DNA of 64,000 nt, from the NCBI GenBank assembly GCA_947476895.1, contig CANJRX010000001.1:184865-248864 (forward strand). Direction: 5' to 3'. Position 1 is the stretch's first letter. Every line of letters starts with the position of its first letter. Shown one piece after another: positions 61,467 through 64,000 of the stretch. The position numbers were made by a program, and so were the translations under genes. The notes below the pieces were generated by a model. It was not told where the DNA came from, ran no database searches, and was given only the letters and a program-made list of their open reading frames with translations. The stretch is from Fidelibacterota bacterium. Its GTDB lineage: Bacteria; Pseudomonadota; Alphaproteobacteria; Rhodospirillales; Rhodospirillaceae.

Positions 61467-62147
61467 CTAAGCGGGGACGCGAACCCAGATTGCGTTCTTG
61501 ATGGTGGTGACGAAGGTGGCGTGAGCTGCCAGTTCGTCTTCCGTCGCGGCGTGGGGACGGGGTTCGCGTACGGTCCGCTCGACCGAGACTTCCAATGTCG
61601 CGTTGGTTTCGGACGCGATCAACGCCAGGCCCGGTTCGCGGCCGCCAATGAGTTCCAGATACACTTTCGACAGCAACTTCGCATCGAGCAGCGCGCCGTG
61701 TTTGTCGCGGGCCGAGGTGTCGATCTGAAACCGGCGGCACAGTGCATCCAGGCTGGCTTGCGCGCCGGGAAATTTGCGCCGCGCCAATGTCACCGTATCG
61801 ATAGCGCGGTCGGCCGGCAGCGTGGGTTTACCAACGCGTTTAAGCTCGGCATTGATGAAATTCATATCGAAGCTCGCGTTATGAGCCACGATCGGTGAAT
61901 CGCCGATGAATTCCAGCATCGCATCGGCAATAGCCGCGAACAGCGGTTTGGTGGCGAGAAATGTGATCGACAGCCCATGGACGGCTTCAGCTTCCGACGG
62001 CATGTCGCGCTCGGGGTTCAGGTAAGCGTGGAATTCTTTACCCGTCGCCATGTGGTTGAAAAGTTCTAGGCAGCCGATTTCCACGACGCGGTGACCCGTC
62101 AGCGGATCAAAGCCGGTCGTTTCCGTATCCAAAACAATTTCACGCAT
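61467..62147 (-). CDS. dnaQ: DNA polymerase III epsilon subunit (3'-5' proofreading exonuclease)
   Basis: MREIVLDTETTGFDP (ExoI), ...VAHNASFDMNF (ExoII), ...HGALLDAKLLSKVY (ExoIII). Confidence 0.92.
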   Translation of the reverse strand: MREIVLDTETTGFDPLTGHRVVEIGCLELFNHMATGKEFHAYLNPERDMPSEAEAVHGLSITFLATKPLFAAIADAMLEFIGDSPIVAHNASFDMNFINAELKRVGKPTLPADRAIDTVTLARRKFPGAQASLDALCRRFQIDTSARDKHGALLDAKLLSKVYLELIGGREPGLALIASETNATLEVSVERTVREPRPHAATEDELAAHATFVTTIKNAIWVRVPA

Positions 62148-62156
62148 GATTGGCCC

Positions 62157-62807
62157 CTAACGTCCCGACACTAATGTGATCACTTGTTTGAGTCGACGCA
62201 AGGTTTCTCGTTTGCCAAGGCTAGACGGGATCACTGCATCGGCCGCGGCACGTTTGCGGGCGTCGGGCCATTGGCGCGCGAGAATGCCTTTAAGCCGCGC
62301 CGCTGTCATGCCGGGGCGCGCGAGGGCCCGTTGACGCTGCAAAAACGGTGGTGCGGTGATGACGACCACGGCGTCGAACATATCTTGCGAGTTGCCCTCG
62401 AACAGTAACGGGATATCGAGCGCAACAACTGCGCGGCGTCCGAACGCGGCACGGCGCAAAAACAGTTCGCGTTCTTCGCGCACCAGAGGATGCAAAATCG
62501 CCTCGAGCTCTTTTAAGGCTTTGGCGTCGGTGAAGACTTTCGCGCCCACGGCTTTGCGGTCGATGCCCTTTGGTCCGCCGGTGCCGGGAAAGCGCGCGGC
62601 GACAGCTTTGACGGCTTTGCCTTTCGCGCCAAGAAGTTTGTGCACAGAAGCGTCGGCGTCGAATACCGGAATGCCGAGCTCTTTGAGAAGAGCTGCCGCC
62701 GTGGATTTGCCCATGGCGACGGAACCGGTGAGGCCAATTAGGCGAAAAGCCCGGCGCTGCGCGCGGCGCGGACGACGACGCACTGTCTTGAGTTTAACCC
62801 GCCGCAA
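62157..62807 (-). CDS. coaE: Dephospho-CoA kinase
   Basis: IGLTGSVAMGKST P-loop. Start uncertain: TTG 62807 overlaps aroE; GTG 62783 lies 10 nt after the aroE stop. Confidence 0.85.
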   Translation of the reverse strand: MRRVKLKTVRRRPRRAQRRAFRLIGLTGSVAMGKSTAAALLKELGIPVFDADASVHKLLGAKGKAVKAVAARFPGTGGPKGIDRKAVGAKVFTDAKALKELEAILHPLVREERELFLRRAAFGRRAVVALDIPLLFEGNSQDMFDAVVVITAPPFLQRQRALARPGMTAARLKGILARQWPDARKRAAADAVIPSSLGKRETLRRLKQVITLVSGR

Positions 62808-63624
62808 GAACAGCTTTCCTGAGTTCGGGTGTCACTTCAGGTCTTTTACCGAACCAACCTTCGAAGCCGGGTTGGGCCTGATAGAGCAGCATACCGAGGC
62901 CATCAACCACTGTATTCCCACGCGCGCGGGCAGCTGCCAGCAACGGCGTTTCGAGCGGCACATAAACAATGTCGTTGACGGTGGCTTCTGGCGGCAGGTG
63001 CTTGAGATCGATGTCGAGCGGATCTTGACCCGTCATACCCAGCGTCGTGGTGTTGACCAGGAGGTTGGCCGCTTTTAGGGCCGTGGTGCGGTCGTTCCAG
63101 GAAGCGACCGTGATCTTTCCACCAAGCGCTTTCGCAAGTGCCCCCGCACGGTCGGCTGTGCGATTTATCAAAACGATATCCGGCACACCGGCATCTTGCA
63201 GAGCTATACAAATGGCGCGTGCAGCGCCGCCGGCCCCTAGAACCACCGCGGGACCAGCTGCAGGGTTGAACTTAGGCGCGCCGGCTTTGAGGCTGGTGAT
63301 AAAGCCATAGCCGTCGGTGTTGGTCGCTTTGAGGCGTCCCTTTTCGACGAAGATCGTATTCACTGCGCCGATGCGCTGGCCTTCCGGCGAGATTTCATCG
63401 ACGAGTTTCAGGGCGGCCTCTTTGTGAGGCACGGTGAGATTGACGCCCGCATAACCACTAGCCGCTAGACCGCGCAAAAACGTTTCCAAGTCTTCGGGCT
63501 TGACCGGCACACGTTCGTAGCTGCCGTCGATGCCGTAGGTCTTCAGCCAATAGCCGTGCAGGGCCGGCGAGCGCGAATGCGCCACGGGCCAGCCAACAAC
63601 AGCGGCTTTCAGCTTCGCACTCAT
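62794..63624 (-). CDS. aroE: Shikimate 5-dehydrogenase
   Basis: ...VVGWPVAHSRSPALHGYWL...VLGAGGAARA.... The ATG overlaps the maf stop. Confidence 0.9.
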   Translation of the reverse strand: MSAKLKAAVVGWPVAHSRSPALHGYWLKTYGIDGSYERVPVKPEDLETFLRGLAASGYAGVNLTVPHKEAALKLVDEISPEGQRIGAVNTIFVEKGRLKATNTDGYGFITSLKAGAPKFNPAAGPAVVLGAGGAARAICIALQDAGVPDIVLINRTADRAGALAKALGGKITVASWNDRTTALKAANLLVNTTTLGMTGQDPLDIDLKHLPPEATVNDIVYVPLETPLLAAARARGNTVVDGLGMLLYQAQPGFEGWFGKRPEVTPELRKAVLAAG

Positions 63625-64000
63625 CGCGGCACAGCCTCGTGTTCGCGCAAAAAGGCGAGCAGTTCTAAAAGCGGCAAGCCCAGGATAGTGAAGAAGTCGC
63701 CTTCGATGCGGCTGAACAATTGCGCACCGGGACCTTCGAGCTGGTAAGCACCCACCGACGACAGCACGGCCGTGCCGGCTTGCGCGAGGTAGCTGTCGAT
63801 GAAGGCATCCGAATAGGGCCGCACGGTCAAATGCGGCATGGCGACGTGGTGCCAGATGCGCGCTCCGTTCAAAGCCACCGCGACCGCTGTCGGAAGCACG
63901 TGCATTTTCCCGCGCAGCTTTAAGAGGTGCTGGCGGGCGCCGGCCATATCAACCGGCTTATCGAACCAATCGCCGTCGCATTCCAGCATCTGGTCGGCGC
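63621..64000 (-). CDS. maf: Maf-like nucleoside triphosphate pyrophosphatase, C-terminal part; 5' end lies beyond the window
   Basis: ...VGAYQLEGPGAQLFSRIEGDFFTILGLPLLELL... is a typical Maf C-terminus. The frame stays open to the window edge. Confidence 0.8.
   Translation of the reverse strand, partial: ADQMLECDGDWFDKPVDMAGARQHLLKLRGKMHVLPTAVAVALNGARIWHHVAMPHLTVRPYSDAFIDSYLAQAGTAVLSSVGAYQLEGPGAQLFSRIEGDFFTILGLPLLELLAFLREHEAVPR

Overview
This is a 64-kb chromosomal window from a high-GC alphaproteobacterium, with Rhodospirillales/Caulobacter-like synteny. All calls come from reading the sequence and recalling family motifs; no searches were run.

Most of the window is housekeeping:
- Large NAD-glutamate dehydrogenase (3' part).
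- An envelope/sugar-nucleotide cluster: TPR-GT41, an MsbA-like ABC exporter, DegT aminotransferase plus Gfo/Idh/MocA oxidoreductase, an MFS transporter, a CapD-like dehydratase, gmd and fcl.
- purH preceded by a ZTP (pfl) riboswitch.
- trpS-murJ-glnD-mutS, maeB, a PhoR-like kinase, ampG, typA, bactofilin, nth and dapB.
- Heat-shock loci dnaK-dnaJ and hrcA-grpE, then rph-rdgB-hemW, dapC, ftsK, lolA, xthA, smr and mltA.
- The block Tim44/secB/dnaQ/coaE/aroE/maf.

The clearest accessory element is a ~1.6-kb low-GC insertion (39787-41417) between dnaJ and dapB, on the same strand. It encodes an orphan P-loop NTPase whose AAA+ lid and winged-helix-like C-terminus lie in a second, overlapping frame. 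It has no recognisable promoter or terminator of its own, so it would ride on the dnaKJ heat-shock transcript. I could not place it in any named family, and it is my best candidate for an undescribed conflict or stress system.

Other points worth a second look:
- An unassigned terminator-capped RNA element upstream of xthA.
- A recurring triple-hairpin G/C-tract repeat at convergent gene ends; one copy supplies a stop codon.
- A REP/MITE-like element.
- A 4 x 15-bp tandem repeat in front of the bactofilin gene.
- An orphan gene flanked by AT-rich palindromes.
- A possible GnnA/GnnB pair next to the lipid exporter.
- An AAC(6')-like GNAT abutting alkB.

No tRNA, rRNA, CRISPR array, transposase or integrase was seen. 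Many long antisense ORFs are GC-driven shadows and were rejected.
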